A stretch of 64,000 bases of DNA from a virus (Duplodnaviria > Heunggongvirae > Uroviricota > Caudoviricetes): IMG/VR virus record IMGVR_UViG_3300033075_000957, positions 1-64,000 of that record, one strand, 5' to 3'. A program made the position numbers and the translations under genes. How positions within the stretch are numbered: position 1 is the first letter of the stretch; every line of letters starts with the position of its first letter. Under the pieces are notes generated by a model. The model saw only the letters and a program-made list of their open reading frames with translations. It did no database searches and was not told the origin of the DNA. Positions 1 through 9,471 of this stretch are shown one piece after another.

Positions 1-166
1 CCGAGCCCGGATGGGAACGCCGTGTACGTGTAAGTCCAAAACTTTTGAAACAATTAGGACTGGGAAACAGTACGGAAGAAACGTCGATGTGGCTATCTCG
101 AACGTCCTATAATCAGCACAAGCGTGGATGGGTTTGGTCCGTCCGTTTCTGCTAAAGGTGGCTATT

Positions 167-382
167 ATGAAGAAAACATTTTTGATTATCGGTTCTGACG
201 GTACTACTGGAGGCAGTCATCTTCCGTGGTCGGCTGATAATATCCGATACAAAATCGGACAACTTTATCCGCAAGCGAACGCGAAGATTTATTCTCCCTA
301 CGAATCGCCACCGGATGAAGACGATTTTGACAGGATCGTCCAAGTGTTAGTGGAGAATGTTGCCACTAAGTGCCGATGCTAA
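167..382 (+). CDS. hypothetical small protein
   Basis: ATG at 167 (MKKTFLIIGSDG..) preceded by AAAGGTGG; lies inside the longer alternative-start ORF 128..382. Confidence 0.35.
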   Translation: MKKTFLIIGSDGTTGGSHLPWSADNIRYKIGQLYPQANAKIYSPYESPPDEDDFDRIVQVLVENVATKCRC

Positions 383-398
383 GGAGTGGGTGCTAAGC

Positions 399-626
399 AT
401 GGCCCGCCTTACAACCAATAGGGAATGGTGTAATTTCCTATGGAATAACGTACAACCGGCGGTCAAGGTCGCCAACTTGCACGTAGATTGGCCATGTGTT
501 GATGTGGACGATAATGATACACCATGGGAAGGTCGTATTAATTTTCGACCACCGGGGACGGAGCGTCCGAACAAACCCGGTACCGAGGATCACCAGAAAT
601 GGCGTAAGATGTGGAACGGATGTTGA
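399..626 (+). CDS. hypothetical protein
   Basis: ATG at 399 (MARLTTNREW..) downstream of AAGGAG; in the frame of ORF 357..626. Confidence 0.3.
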   Translation: MARLTTNREWCNFLWNNVQPAVKVANLHVDWPCVDVDDNDTPWEGRINFRPPGTERPNKPGTEDHQKWRKMWNGC

Positions 627-712
627 AAAGGAAAAACAGAGGAATTCCGATGGAATTCGGAGATATCACAATCTGTAAGGATTGACAGTCGTATGCGATC
701 AATGCTGGAGAA

Positions 713-1078
713 ATGCCGATGACTTTGATTGAATTGCTTGAGCATTGCATCTGGATTCTTTCAGACGGAAGGAATCTAGAGGATTGTCGTAAGCATCTTG
801 TTGAGGCCGGAGTGCATCGCGAAGTTATCAACGCGATTATCAACACTCTGAATGAAGATGGTACATATAAACGAACCACTCTTACAGAATCAATTAATAA
901 TGGACCTGATAAGATCGGGTCCGTCATGGTAAGCGATCAAGACGTATACAATCAACAACAAAAACAAAAACAGAAAGAATCAAAAGAAGCACTTATTGTC
1001 TGTTTGGGCCTGTATGGAATGATTGTGATTCTTTTGGTTTTTCATGTTTTTATGGCTTGGTTCGTTATATTCCTTTAG
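713..1078 (+). CDS. hypothetical protein with C-terminal hydrophobic segment
   Basis: ORF 121 aa with GGAGAA RBS; C-terminal LYGMIVILLVFHVFMAWFVIFL looks like a TM helix. Confidence 0.4.
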   Translation: MPMTLIELLEHCIWILSDGRNLEDCRKHLVEAGVHREVINAIINTLNEDGTYKRTTLTESINNGPDKIGSVMVSDQDVYNQQQKQKQKESKEALIVCLGLYGMIVILLVFHVFMAWFVIFL

Positions 1079-1084
1079 AAATGA

Positions 1085-1330
1085 GTGCAAATGAAACTTT
1101 ACCGTCTATCTCGTATTCGTCTTCGCGGCGTTGATGATATCGGCAACTCTGTGAATGTGATAGTCATTGCCGAAGACGAAACAGAAGCTAGGAAAATCGC
1201 TTCGCACAGCGAAGAAAAGATCGAATGCTTACGAGATGATAGGTTTCTTGATCCTGCGGAAACAACCTGCGAAGTCATTGATATGTCTGTTAGTCAACTT
1301 GTACTTGAAGACATTTATTCGTACGCATAA
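1085..1330 (+). CDS. hypothetical protein
   Basis: ORF 81 aa following the upstream gene closely. Confidence 0.4.
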   Translation: MQMKLYRLSRIRLRGVDDIGNSVNVIVIAEDETEARKIASHSEEKIECLRDDRFLDPAETTCEVIDMSVSQLVLEDIYSYA

Positions 1331-1788
1331 TTCTACGTTGAAACTGGTGAAATACGAACACCGTCTTTACAATCCGCTTACGAGGTAGTTAATTCAACGC
1401 TTCCATCATAAGCGTTTTCGATTATCGGGCCTTTGGCCCGAGAAAGCATAGTTAGTGGCAAAAGTGGAAGTATCGGGTTACTCGCCTGATAATAGGGCAA
1501 CCTTTCCGATCCATGTCGGATATAACCAGTTTACCGTTCCGGTAAACAAACAACATGGATAACTATGCAGAGTAGCTTGCAGCCTGCGAAAGCAGGTTGC
1601 TTGCTTTATGTACACTGTTTCATGGCGAAAATCTTTGGAAAGCAATCGATTCCGTACTGTATCAAGGACCGTGTTTGGAATTACCAAATACATTTCGGAA
1701 GAATCGGCTGCTCGACAAACTGAGAAGTTTAAGAAACATTTTCCGAACAATAATTATTATATTACAAAGATTCCAGAGGAAAAGACTT

Positions 1789-2043
1789 ATGCGTAACAAG
1801 CTGCCGACAGAAATCTTTACTCTTGTGGACGAACAGGGAAATCCTGTCTATACCGATTTGGGTATGGATGGGCATTTCGTTAAATGTACCACGCTTGGTG
1901 ACATGCTGACCTTTACCCGAGAAATTGGATGGTCGCAGATGCACCGTCTCGCCGAATGGTCAGAGAAGCACCGTGATAATGATCGGATCGTCGTATATCC
2001 GGCGAGAGTTGTCCTGAAGATTGAAAAGATTTCAGTCGAATAA
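1789..2043 (+). CDS. hypothetical protein
   Basis: Internal ATG (MRNKLPTEIF..) with GAGGAAAAG RBS; the 5' part of ORF 1597..2043 looks non-coding (homopolymeric Ile run, no RBS). Confidence 0.35.
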   Translation: MRNKLPTEIFTLVDEQGNPVYTDLGMDGHFVKCTTLGDMLTFTREIGWSQMHRLAEWSEKHRDNDRIVVYPARVVLKIEKISVE

Positions 2044-2244
2044 AAATTAACGATACGGAAGAGGCAGCACTAATTACCCATACGAAAAATGTTTCGAAGC
2101 ATCCGTTGGGAACGCAAGAGTAGAATCGTGTAAGTATAGCAACGGTAAGTACTTGCCGACACCTTGTAGGTATTATCCTGCCGTGGACTGAATCCTACTG
2201 ATTAGTGCTGTCTTTTCTGTACCGTTACCGGATGGGGTGATCAC

Positions 2245-2412
2245 ATGAGTAAAGCGTTTCAAGAAGGTTACGAAGAAGGCCGTAAATGTGGTAAACCGGG
2301 TGTAATGCGTGATGAATCCGCATTAACACGCGAAGAAAATCCTTATCCAAAGGATTCTAAAGAGCACGCTGAATGGGATCGTGGCTGGAAATGTGCTAAT
2401 GATGGATGGTAG
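2245..2412 (+). CDS. ribosome modulation factor (RMF)-like small protein
   Basis: 55-aa ORF below the ORF-track cutoff: MSKAFQEGYEEGRKCGKPGVMRDESALTREENPYPKDSKEHAEWDRGWKCANDGW. The spacing pattern GY..G..G...C...R..NPYP....W..GW matches the RMF family signature. Confidence 0.45.
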   Translation: MSKAFQEGYEEGRKCGKPGVMRDESALTREENPYPKDSKEHAEWDRGWKCANDGW

Positions 2413-2658
2413 CCCTTCGGCGATTGAGAAAATGGTTCCGGCGTGGCAGACCGGTTTATAAATACAATGCCCATTCGCTACGCGATAGCGAGTGATGCTA
2501 CTATAAGTAAGCCCAAGTTAGTGTCTAACCATCACTCTTGGAGAAAATCGGGCTTTATAACCCCTGATTCTTGGTGAAAGACCAAGTAGTAGCGTTTCCT
2601 TCGGAGATACAATCATTTCAATCAATCAATCAATCCTGATTGCAGTTCGGAGAATAAT

Positions 2659-2946
2659 ATGCTTGGTGTAGTTAGTAAAGAAACGGTTCGTCGTATTATG
2701 ACCGTGCCTAATCTCTGGGCCACGCATCCGAATGATCCGATGTTTAATACCTTGGTTGCAGAAGACACTAAACTAATACAACAAATCCAACCATTTGTTG
2801 GTACGAATAAGATAAGTCAAGACGATTTAACTCTTTTATTTGAATTTTTTGAATACCATAGTCCTACAGGTATAGGACGAAAGCCTTGCACGGATAAAAT
2901 CCGTAAAAAGATGCAGATACTAGCTGCTAGATTATCCAATGGATAG
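2659..2946 (+). CDS. hypothetical protein
   Basis: ORF 95 aa with GGAGAATAAT RBS. Confidence 0.45.
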   Translation: MLGVVSKETVRRIMTVPNLWATHPNDPMFNTLVAEDTKLIQQIQPFVGTNKISQDDLTLLFEFFEYHSPTGIGRKPCTDKIRKKMQILAARLSNG

Positions 2947-3307
2947 AGGTTTTATCATCATAGATCGCGATGAATTGACCCGATCCACGACGTAAGGTTT
3001 GTGATATCGGCGGTGGATACGTAAACATTAGCGATGCTTTGTATCATCGAAGGTTGAATTTGAAATTACTAAGTAAGGGATTGCATCCCTTAAACCCTGC
3101 TGACGATACAGGAGAATGAGTATTCCAGCACTAGCAATCTCATATGATTGGAGGATGTATGGAAACGGCGAAAGGCCAAACTGGAATACAATGCGTCAAT
3201 AAAGACCCATCAGATTGATTATCTGGTACTTTTCGGTAGTGTTAATAACGAGTCCGAATCATTCTTTTTGTATCTTGGCCCACGATTGTAGTTCGCGGAG
3301 ATATCTA

Positions 3308-3481
3308 ATGGCCGCTGCCACACTGTTTGGCTCGATGAGTCGTCCGTATAAAACACAGACGGGTACAAGTTACGACAGAAAGCCACTGTCGAAGCGAGAA
3401 GCAAAATTGCAGGAAAAGAATCGGCTACGCCGAGAAAAAGAAATCGCGAAAGTAAATACTTATGAAAAGAGACGAGATTAA
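3308..3481 (+). CDS. hypothetical small basic protein
   Basis: Internal ATG (MAAATLFGS..) with GGAGAT RBS; Lys/Arg/Glu-rich C-terminus. Confidence 0.25.
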   Translation: MAAATLFGSMSRPYKTQTGTSYDRKPLSKREAKLQEKNRLRREKEIAKVNTYEKRRD

Positions 3482-3704
3482 AACTCTTCTAGCATCTTGG
3501 CCCGTAATTCTTGAAATCGTCTTGTCAAAAGCGGATAGTATTGTCCGAATTGATTGGGAAAGTCCCGAACTTTCTATCTGTTTTAAAGTCAATACGATGT
3601 TTAACTATAAAATGCTTACAGAACTTATTGAAACAAATGAGTTTGTAGGAGTTCTTCATCGACCCGAGTGTGTTGTTCTCATATTTGAATTTCCGGAGGA
3701 ATAA
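3462..3704 (+). CDS. hypothetical protein
   Basis: ORF 80 aa. Confidence 0.4.
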   Translation: MKRDEIKTLLASWPVILEIVLSKADSIVRIDWESPELSICFKVNTMFNYKMLTELIETNEFVGVLHRPECVVLIFEFPEE

Positions 3705-3784
3705 ATGGGCAATTCTTCTTCGACCACATTAATCAGTTTGTTTGCAGCAGTACCCGAAACGGAATATAAGGATTGGTAGTATTT

Positions 3785-4093
3785 ATGAAACATGAATACG
3801 CAGATAAATATGTACAGTGTGTCGGAGATATTCCTCAGCAAGATCACTGGGCTATCTTTGAATCGTCAAGCGTTCATGTTCCGGGCGATCAACGTTCTAT
3901 TGATGCTCCGGGACATGGTTATCCTGCATATGCGGTAAACTTTGTTAATTATGAAGTTTATCTCACAGAAGATAAGTGGCGAAGACAAATTGAATATAAG
4001 ACTAATCCACAGTCTGGTTCACCAAAATCATTTGTAGCCGTTCAAATTAGGCGAGCAAAGATCAAAGCAGAAACACGAATTGAGGTAACTTAA
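3785..4093 (+). CDS. hypothetical protein
   Basis: ATG at 3785 (MKHEYADKY..) with AAGGA 13 nt upstream; ORF track start 3773 is a TTG. Confidence 0.45.
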   Translation: MKHEYADKYVQCVGDIPQQDHWAIFESSSVHVPGDQRSIDAPGHGYPAYAVNFVNYEVYLTEDKWRRQIEYKTNPQSGSPKSFVAVQIRRAKIKAETRIEVT

Positions 4094-4318
4094 ATGAGAT
4101 GTCAACGTTGTGATTCAGATCGTGTTCTAATTACACAGGCTCATGCTAGTGATTGTCAGAATTACGAGCTTAAAGACTTTGTTCGTTATACCAATTATGC
4201 CCCGGATATTTCGGAAATATGTCAAGGCGATGACTTATTTCCTCAGATTTGTCTTGACTGCGGACAAGTTCAAGGAACTTTTCCTAAGCCCACGATTCCA
4301 GAATTAGGAGAAGAATGA
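4094..4318 (+). CDS. zinc-ribbon protein
   Basis: N-terminal CxxC and C-terminal CLDC pairs; GAGGT RBS. Confidence 0.45.
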   Translation: MRCQRCDSDRVLITQAHASDCQNYELKDFVRYTNYAPDISEICQGDDLFPQICLDCGQVQGTFPKPTIPELGEE

Positions 4319-4539
4319 TCCTTCCACAAAAACTTTATAGAAAACCGCCAATAAACGGCGGAAATTTTGGATACGTCACTAAAGCTATTTTGCAACACGA
4401 CGGAATTCATTTTGTAGATCGGCTTACGAACATAGAAAATAAAATACCTTCATACGATTCCATAGAAACAATGAATAAGACCCTGAAAGGTCTGGGATTT
4501 GACGAATTTGAAATCGTTAATAAATGGCCAATAGATTAA
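4315..4539 (+). CDS. hypothetical protein
   Basis: ORF 74 aa, start overlaps upstream stop (ATGA). Confidence 0.45.
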   Translation: MILPQKLYRKPPINGGNFGYVTKAILQHDGIHFVDRLTNIENKIPSYDSIETMNKTLKGLGFDEFEIVNKWPID

Positions 4540-4572
4540 CGGTACGAAAATTTAAATGAAAGGAAAACGTAT

Positions 4573-4800
4573 ATGATGCATTTTCTCGCTAGTAATTGGT
4601 GGTGGTTGATTCCTAGTGGAGTATTGGCAGGTTTTATCGCTCTTGTTATTCAGATGGTTGTTAAATCGGAAAACATTAGGAGTACGATTTTTCTTCTTGG
4701 CCATACCATCTTCGTTCTTTCGCTTGTTGGCTATGCAATTTTTGGATTCTGTGCTGGAATTATTGGTTTGATTTTGGCTTTTATTGATTATGCAAAATAA
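4573..4800 (+). CDS. small membrane protein
   Basis: Two hydrophobic helices; AAAGGAAAA RBS. Confidence 0.5.
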   Translation: MMHFLASNWWWLIPSGVLAGFIALVIQMVVKSENIRSTIFLLGHTIFVLSLVGYAIFGFCAGIIGLILAFIDYAK

Positions 4801-4882
4801 TAAACATCGAGCATCTTTTTTGCGAAAAATATCTCGTCAAGCCGAGTTAAAGCGTAAAGAATAAAATCGCGAGGGCGATGTG

Positions 4883-4955
4883 TCCCTGATAACTCAGTTG
4901 GTAGAGTACCGAACTTTTAATTCGGGAGTCGTCGGTTCGAGCCCGACTCGGGGAA
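4883..4955 (+). tRNA. tRNA-Lys (anticodon TTT)
   Basis: Hand-folded cloverleaf: acceptor TCCCTGA/TCGGGGA, D-arm ACTC-AGTTGGTA-GAGT, anticodon stem CCGAA/TTCGG with loop CTTTTAA, T-arm GTCGG-TTCGAGC-CCGAC; 73 nt. Confidence 0.8.
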
Positions 4956-5081
4956 TTTGTACATGCAAAATTAGAGAACAAAATGTCCTACGTCATAGTA
5001 TCCAAAACTTCTAATCAGATGCTATCTCACTGGGATCAGTGTTTGAAAGTATAATCAATCGAGAAAGCAGTCGTTGTTTAT

Positions 5082-5540
5082 ATGCAAACAATAGAAACGA
5101 CCAATCTGGAATTCATTAATCAAGGAAAGGAATGCCGTGTTTATCGCCTCGACAGCAAGCGGGTTGTTAAATGTTATTTTGACGATCATATTCGATTCAA
5201 TAATCCAGTAGAAAAAGTACGTGAAGCATCAATGATTCTTGCCTCTATGGGTCTTGGACCAAAAGTGGGTCCGATGATTCGCTGGACAGATGGTTACGGC
5301 AACAATGGTTTAGGTTTTATTTGCGATTACGCTATTTCCTTTTCAGGCGAAGAGGCGTATCCAAAAGAAATGCGTAATGTTTGCTGGCAGTTTCAAATGG
5401 CTACTGGCATTAATCTAAGTGATATGTACTATGATAATATCGGGTATTACGACGATCGAGTAGTTATTCTTGACGTAGGAAGAAATGCAACAGAGATAGT
5501 ACAAAGTCATTTAGACGGTACGTGTCTTATGGGAGTATAA
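5082..5540 (+). CDS. hypothetical protein, possible small atypical kinase-like fold
   Basis: CRVYRL..RVVKCY N-lobe-like lysine and a DMYYDNIGYYDDRVVILDVG catalytic-loop/DFG-like segment; weak. Confidence 0.35.
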   Translation: MQTIETTNLEFINQGKECRVYRLDSKRVVKCYFDDHIRFNNPVEKVREASMILASMGLGPKVGPMIRWTDGYGNNGLGFICDYAISFSGEEAYPKEMRNVCWQFQMATGINLSDMYYDNIGYYDDRVVILDVGRNATEIVQSHLDGTCLMGV

Positions 5541-5541
5541 T

Positions 5542-5799
5542 ATGAGAGAACCTTGTATATGTGGAGATACGCACTGTAGCACATGTGGTCCGTTGCAAGG
5601 CAATTTCCGCTGTGAAATTTGCGATCGATGGACAGAAGACGGCGGTTGCGAAAATCCTTCTGTGTGTAACGCAAAGCGAGAGCATAATAATAAAATTCAA
5701 GATGCTCTTGATAATCATATTTCACAATTTGATTATGGTCCCGGAAACTGTGGCGATCATGACTGTCCGAAATGTCTCAAAACGGTAGGAGCGGATTAA
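5542..5799 (+). CDS. Cys-rich (zinc-binding) small protein
   Basis: Multiple CxxC pairs (CICGDTHCSTC, CEICDRW, CGDHDCPKC). Confidence 0.4.
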   Translation: MREPCICGDTHCSTCGPLQGNFRCEICDRWTEDGGCENPSVCNAKREHNNKIQDALDNHISQFDYGPGNCGDHDCPKCLKTVGAD

Positions 5800-5954
5800 T
5801 GTTTGTAATTTTTTCTACTCTTTCCAACGCATATTGGTCTAAAAAATACGGATGGGTAGAGAATATTGAACTTGCAGACACTTATTCTGAATCAGAATGC
5901 AAGTCTCATTGTTTAACTAATTTAATATCTGATGCAGAATTTAGGAGACTTTAG
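5799..5954 (+). CDS. hypothetical small protein
   Basis: ATG at 5799 with GGAGCGGA RBS; hydrophobic N-terminus. Confidence 0.3.
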   Translation: MFVIFSTLSNAYWSKKYGWVENIELADTYSESECKSHCLTNLISDAEFRRL

Positions 5955-6348
5955 ATGAAGTATGACGCCAACACTTAATGTCCATCTATCGTATTGGCAA
6001 GCGTACGCTGTTCACAGCGTTTTGTCTTTTGCCCTGTCGTGGGTAGGAATAGGTTCGATGATGCAGAAGAAGCCCGAGCATCGCAATACCTCCACCGCAC
6101 TCAGTTTTGTGTTTAATTACATAATTACTTATTAATGATGAACCTATCCGCCTTACTACGTATGGCGTGACGGTACGGAATGGGTTACAATAGGTGCCCA
6201 AAGTTCCTTCGGTAAAAGAATAACCGCTGAAAGATTGCGGGTATGTGATTAGTATTTATCCTTTGATAAGCCAAAACGCAGGGAATAAGCCCCGGTCGAA
6301 GGATATGTGAACATCACTTCCGTATCGTTTATTTTTTGAGATATCAAT

Positions 6349-6882
6349 ATGACTAGGACTCAAAGAACTCAAAAAACCAGTCTCCGTCGTATTAATCTTC
6401 GTCAATCTCTTGCCCTTAAACGTGCTAAGGTTGGCATGCTCCTTGATGGTCTACAAGATGTTGGTAATATCGGAAGCATCATGCGTCTTACCAACGCTTT
6501 TGCAACCGAAGGTACGTATTATCTAGAACGTCAACAACTTTTTGGTATGCATAAATCTGCTGTAGGAACTCAGCATTTTGAAACTTTAGAGCGGATCGAT
6601 GCTAGTCAGTTAGAGACATTCTTATCCAAATTTGATAAGATTATCGCTATTGATAATAAAGTTGCCTTTAAAACTAAGCGTTTTGAAGAAATGGTATTCC
6701 ACCGTGATTCGTCATATCTTTTCATTCTAGGTAATGAATCGAATGGGATTTCGCTTCCTCTGCTTCGTCGGGCAGATACTATTTCTACGATTACACAATA
6801 TGGATGTGTCGGCTCGCTTAATGTGGCAGTAGCGGCAGCTATTGTTCTGTATGAATATCGAAAGCAGATTGGGTCGCCATAA
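6349..6882 (+). CDS. SpoU/TrmH-family (SPOUT) RNA 2'-O-methyltransferase
   Basis: Motifs LLDGLQDVGNIGSIMRLTNAF and FILGNESNGIS..SLNVAVAAAIVLYE match the SPOUT knot motifs. Confidence 0.7.
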   Translation: MTRTQRTQKTSLRRINLRQSLALKRAKVGMLLDGLQDVGNIGSIMRLTNAFATEGTYYLERQQLFGMHKSAVGTQHFETLERIDASQLETFLSKFDKIIAIDNKVAFKTKRFEEMVFHRDSSYLFILGNESNGISLPLLRRADTISTITQYGCVGSLNVAVAAAIVLYEYRKQIGSP

Positions 6883-7763
6883 TGCGAATTCGTCTAGACC
6901 GAAACGCTAATTATCGAGCAACGTTCTTGCCTAGCGGTAAAACGCTACGATTTAAGATTGATCCTTCCAAACCGTTCGCGGCTCCGGCAACACCGGAGAT
7001 TGAAGATGTTGCTATTAACGATAAGTGTCTAGCGAATTGCTCTTACTGCTATACTTCGGCCACTAAAGATGGCAAAAATTTCGATAACATTTGTAGAAAG
7101 GCCGAAGTAGTATGGGGTTCTTTATCTCCGCAGGAACGACCGTTTCAAATTGCTATCGGCGGTGCTGGCGAATCAACTCTGCATCCTAACTGGGTTGATT
7201 TCGTTCGTACCGTTAGGGATTTGGGGATACTTCCCAATTATACTACGAACGGAATGCATCTGTCTGATGACATTCTGTCGGCGACAGCCGAATATTGTGG
7301 TGGAGTTGCGTTATCGTGGCATCCTCATATTTCGCGAGTATTCACAGAAGCAGTCAAGAAATTGACATCAATCAAGAGTCGAGTCAACTTCCATATTATT
7401 GTCGGCACTCCCCAATCTCTTGAAGACGCGAAGCGTTTGTATGAACAATATAACGAAGTTGTAGAATACTTTGTGATACTTCCGTATCAAGCTGCTGGTC
7501 GTGGAACATCGATTGAAGTTGAAAGCACTTGGAAAGAATGCTTCGCTTGGATTTCAGGAGTAAACTCTCGAAAGTTTGCGTTTGGAGCGTTGTTTTATGA
7601 TTTTCTCAAGCGGTATCCAACGCAGTTGGATATGGATGTGTATGAGCCCGAAATCTTTTCAGGCTATCGTGTTCTGAACGAAACGTTTAGAACATTAAGA
7701 AAGTCATCTTATGACTTGCGACCTAAATCGCAACAACTTACTGTAAAAGGCTTAAATGTTTAA
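6882..7763 (+). CDS. radical SAM enzyme, family unresolved
   Basis: CLANCSYC (Cx3Cx2C) motif; CSYC resembles QueE/NrdG-type clusters; start overlaps the SpoU stop (ATGA). Confidence 0.6.
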   Translation: MRIRLDRNANYRATFLPSGKTLRFKIDPSKPFAAPATPEIEDVAINDKCLANCSYCYTSATKDGKNFDNICRKAEVVWGSLSPQERPFQIAIGGAGESTLHPNWVDFVRTVRDLGILPNYTTNGMHLSDDILSATAEYCGGVALSWHPHISRVFTEAVKKLTSIKSRVNFHIIVGTPQSLEDAKRLYEQYNEVVEYFVILPYQAAGRGTSIEVESTWKECFAWISGVNSRKFAFGALFYDFLKRYPTQLDMDVYEPEIFSGYRVLNETFRTLRKSSYDLRPKSQQLTVKGLNV

Positions 7764-8103
7764 CAAACCTATTGTCTTAACCATTTTCTCTGATCCTGAC
7801 CGGTGGCTACGTGAAAATCTACCTGATATTAATACGGATGGAATCGCTGCGTGTCAGCCGATTGAATCGATTAATTTAGGAGGAAATACTCGTTATATTG
7901 ATCAAGAAGAGGGTATAGAAAAAATCTGTACTTGGGAAGATCATGTAACTGCGTTGCGATTGCTTTGCGAACAAGTTGGCAAAACTTTGTTTGTAGGAGA
8001 TATTAAAAATCCGGCAGACCTTACAGACGCCGGATGTTGGGATGTTGAAGTAGCTGATGCGTATTTTCAATTGGTCTATCGACAGGAAGTAATTTATGGG
8101 TAA
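7756..8103 (+). CDS. hypothetical protein
   Basis: ORF 115 aa. Confidence 0.45.
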   Translation: MFNKPIVLTIFSDPDRWLRENLPDINTDGIAACQPIESINLGGNTRYIDQEEGIEKICTWEDHVTALRLLCEQVGKTLFVGDIKNPADLTDAGCWDVEVADAYFQLVYRQEVIYG

Positions 8104-8602
8104 ACAAATGATAGTTTTTCAGCCAGATCATGTCATTAATATCATAACCAATTCCTCATCGGAATTGTTTGTGTTTGCAGGTAATACTCGTGAAAATGTT
8201 GTCGATATGATCAAATCTGTTTATCCGAATTTTTTGGACGAATATTATGAACTTAAATGTTCGTCAGAATTGACTGATGATGAGATTCATACTTATCTGA
8301 ATTATCATTATGTTAATGAAGACGAATATCGAAACGGCATGTTCGCATCAGATTATGATCCTTGGCAATATGAAGTAATTCCCGGTTTTGAAAAAGATGA
8401 AATTTCAACTGAAGAGATCATCAATAATAAAAAATTTCGCCGGTTGGATGACAAAAAGATCAGTAAACATCGAGAACGGCTGATTAAACTAATGGACCCT
8501 TATGGGAAGAAACTCTTCCTATTTTCGAAGGATGATAATCCAAATTATGAAATGCAAAAGGCTTTAGAGGATATTGGAGGTGTGCGTTATCATCTAGGTT
8601 AG
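8096..8602 (+). CDS. hypothetical protein
   Basis: ORF 168 aa. Confidence 0.45.
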   Translation: MGKQMIVFQPDHVINIITNSSSELFVFAGNTRENVVDMIKSVYPNFLDEYYELKCSSELTDDEIHTYLNYHYVNEDEYRNGMFASDYDPWQYEVIPGFEKDEISTEEIINNKKFRRLDDKKISKHRERLIKLMDPYGKKLFLFSKDDNPNYEMQKALEDIGGVRYHLG

Positions 8603-8610
8603 GAGTAAAA

Positions 8611-8841
8611 ATGTATAGGCTTCATATTGATATTCCTCTTGCGATTAGTCAAGAGGTAGCGATTGATCGTGCTCAACATGCAGTAGCGATTGTTATCGAC
8701 GCCTTAAGGCGTGAAGATTGGGGTGAGGGTTTAGAGCTAAATTACCGTCTTGGTAATGATGACGATCGTGGTGCAAAAAATTATCTAGATATCAATGGAA
8801 ATGGCCATTGTTCGAACAAGAAAACACGAGTAACAATTTAA
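8611..8841 (+). CDS. hypothetical protein
   Basis: ORF 76 aa with GGAGTAAAA RBS. Confidence 0.4.
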   Translation: MYRLHIDIPLAISQEVAIDRAQHAVAIVIDALRREDWGEGLELNYRLGNDDDRGAKNYLDINGNGHCSNKKTRVTI

Positions 8842-8846
8842 TTACT

Positions 8847-8919
8847 GGGCCGGTATTTCAATTGGCAGAAACTGTGATTTATAATCGTGGATGTGTGGGT
8901 TCAAATCCCACCCGGCCCA
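8847..8919 (+). tRNA. tRNA with anticodon TAT (putative tRNA-Ile reading AUA), G·U-rich anticodon stem
   Basis: Acceptor GGGCCGG/CCGGCCC, D-arm TTTC-AATTGGCA-GAAA, anticodon stem TGTGA/TCGTG (three G·U pairs) with loop TTTATAA, T-arm GTGGG-TTCAAAT-CCCAC; 73 nt. Confidence 0.5.
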
Positions 8920-8932
8920 TTTGAGATGTCAT

Positions 8933-9193
8933 ATGTTTAAAATTATCTGGCCAGAAGAAAAGATTTTAACAGAAAAGCAGATTGTGAGCATATTCCAAGA
9001 TGCTATTGCAAATGACGATATTGATATAAAAACCACTACAGAAAAAGCTGTAAAACTTCATGAGGAAGGTTTGATTACTCTCCATAAAGACTGGAAGCGT
9101 TACGTAAATGGATATTATTGTCCAAAATGCGACATGGTTTATTATAACTGTCTTTGCAAACATAGGGAAACGACATGTACAACTATATTGTAA
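8933..9193 (+). CDS. hypothetical protein
   Basis: ATG at 8933 (MFKIIWPEEK..) is the first start clear of the tRNA; C-terminal CPKCD..CLC. Confidence 0.4.
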   Translation: MFKIIWPEEKILTEKQIVSIFQDAIANDDIDIKTTTEKAVKLHEEGLITLHKDWKRYVNGYYCPKCDMVYYNCLCKHRETTCTTIL

Positions 9194-9381
9194 CTTTCAC
9201 CGCTATTAACGGTGGGATTTCTACAATCTCCAATATCATTATCCAAGACTCGCCCAAAGATGTTAACACAGTTTTTGCAGAAATTGTAAAACAATACAAT
9301 CCAGAATGTATACTGATCATTCGTAATTACGAATTTGTTTTACAATGGTCAAGAGAAAAGGGTATAACGTTTCGGGTTTAG
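9175..9381 (+). CDS. hypothetical protein
   Basis: ORF 68 aa. Confidence 0.4.
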   Translation: MYNYIVTFTAINGGISTISNIIIQDSPKDVNTVFAEIVKQYNPECILIIRNYEFVLQWSREKGITFRV

Positions 9382-9451
9382 CTCGAACGGATAGGTGGTG
9401 GAATTGTAAAACATAAAGAAATTTTACATTTTCTCTTAAATATTCTGCCAT

Positions 9452-9469
9452 ACTAGTGTATACACTAGT
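9452..9469 (+). promoter_or_regulatory. perfect 18-bp palindrome ACTAGTGTATACACTAGT containing the TAGTGTATA promoter-like motif
   Basis: Immediately upstream of the ATG at 9472. Confidence 0.4.
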
Positions 9470-9471
9470 CT

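Noticed and set aside
1597-1788. 5' extension of ORF 1597..2043 (and overlapping ORFs 1478..1750 minus, 1608..1796)
   Set aside because: No RBS, odd composition (IIIIL run) and overlapping alternative frames; an internal start at 1789 with a good RBS is preferred.
2474-2492. Inverted repeat TTCGCTA-CGCGA-TAGCGAG as an operator
   Set aside because: Only 6-7-bp arms with a non-palindromic 5-bp spacer; single occurrence; too weak to call.
5986-6201. 71-aa minus-strand ORF in the 5955..6348 intergenic region
   Set aside because: No RBS or promoter motif and on the opposite strand to all neighbours; more likely non-coding structured sequence.
8847-8919. Alternative reading of the TAT tRNA as a pseudogene or on the minus strand
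   Set aside because: Only the plus strand gives the canonical T-loop (TTCAAAT) and GG in the D-loop. It is kept as a tRNA, but the G·U-rich anticodon stem keeps confidence moderate.
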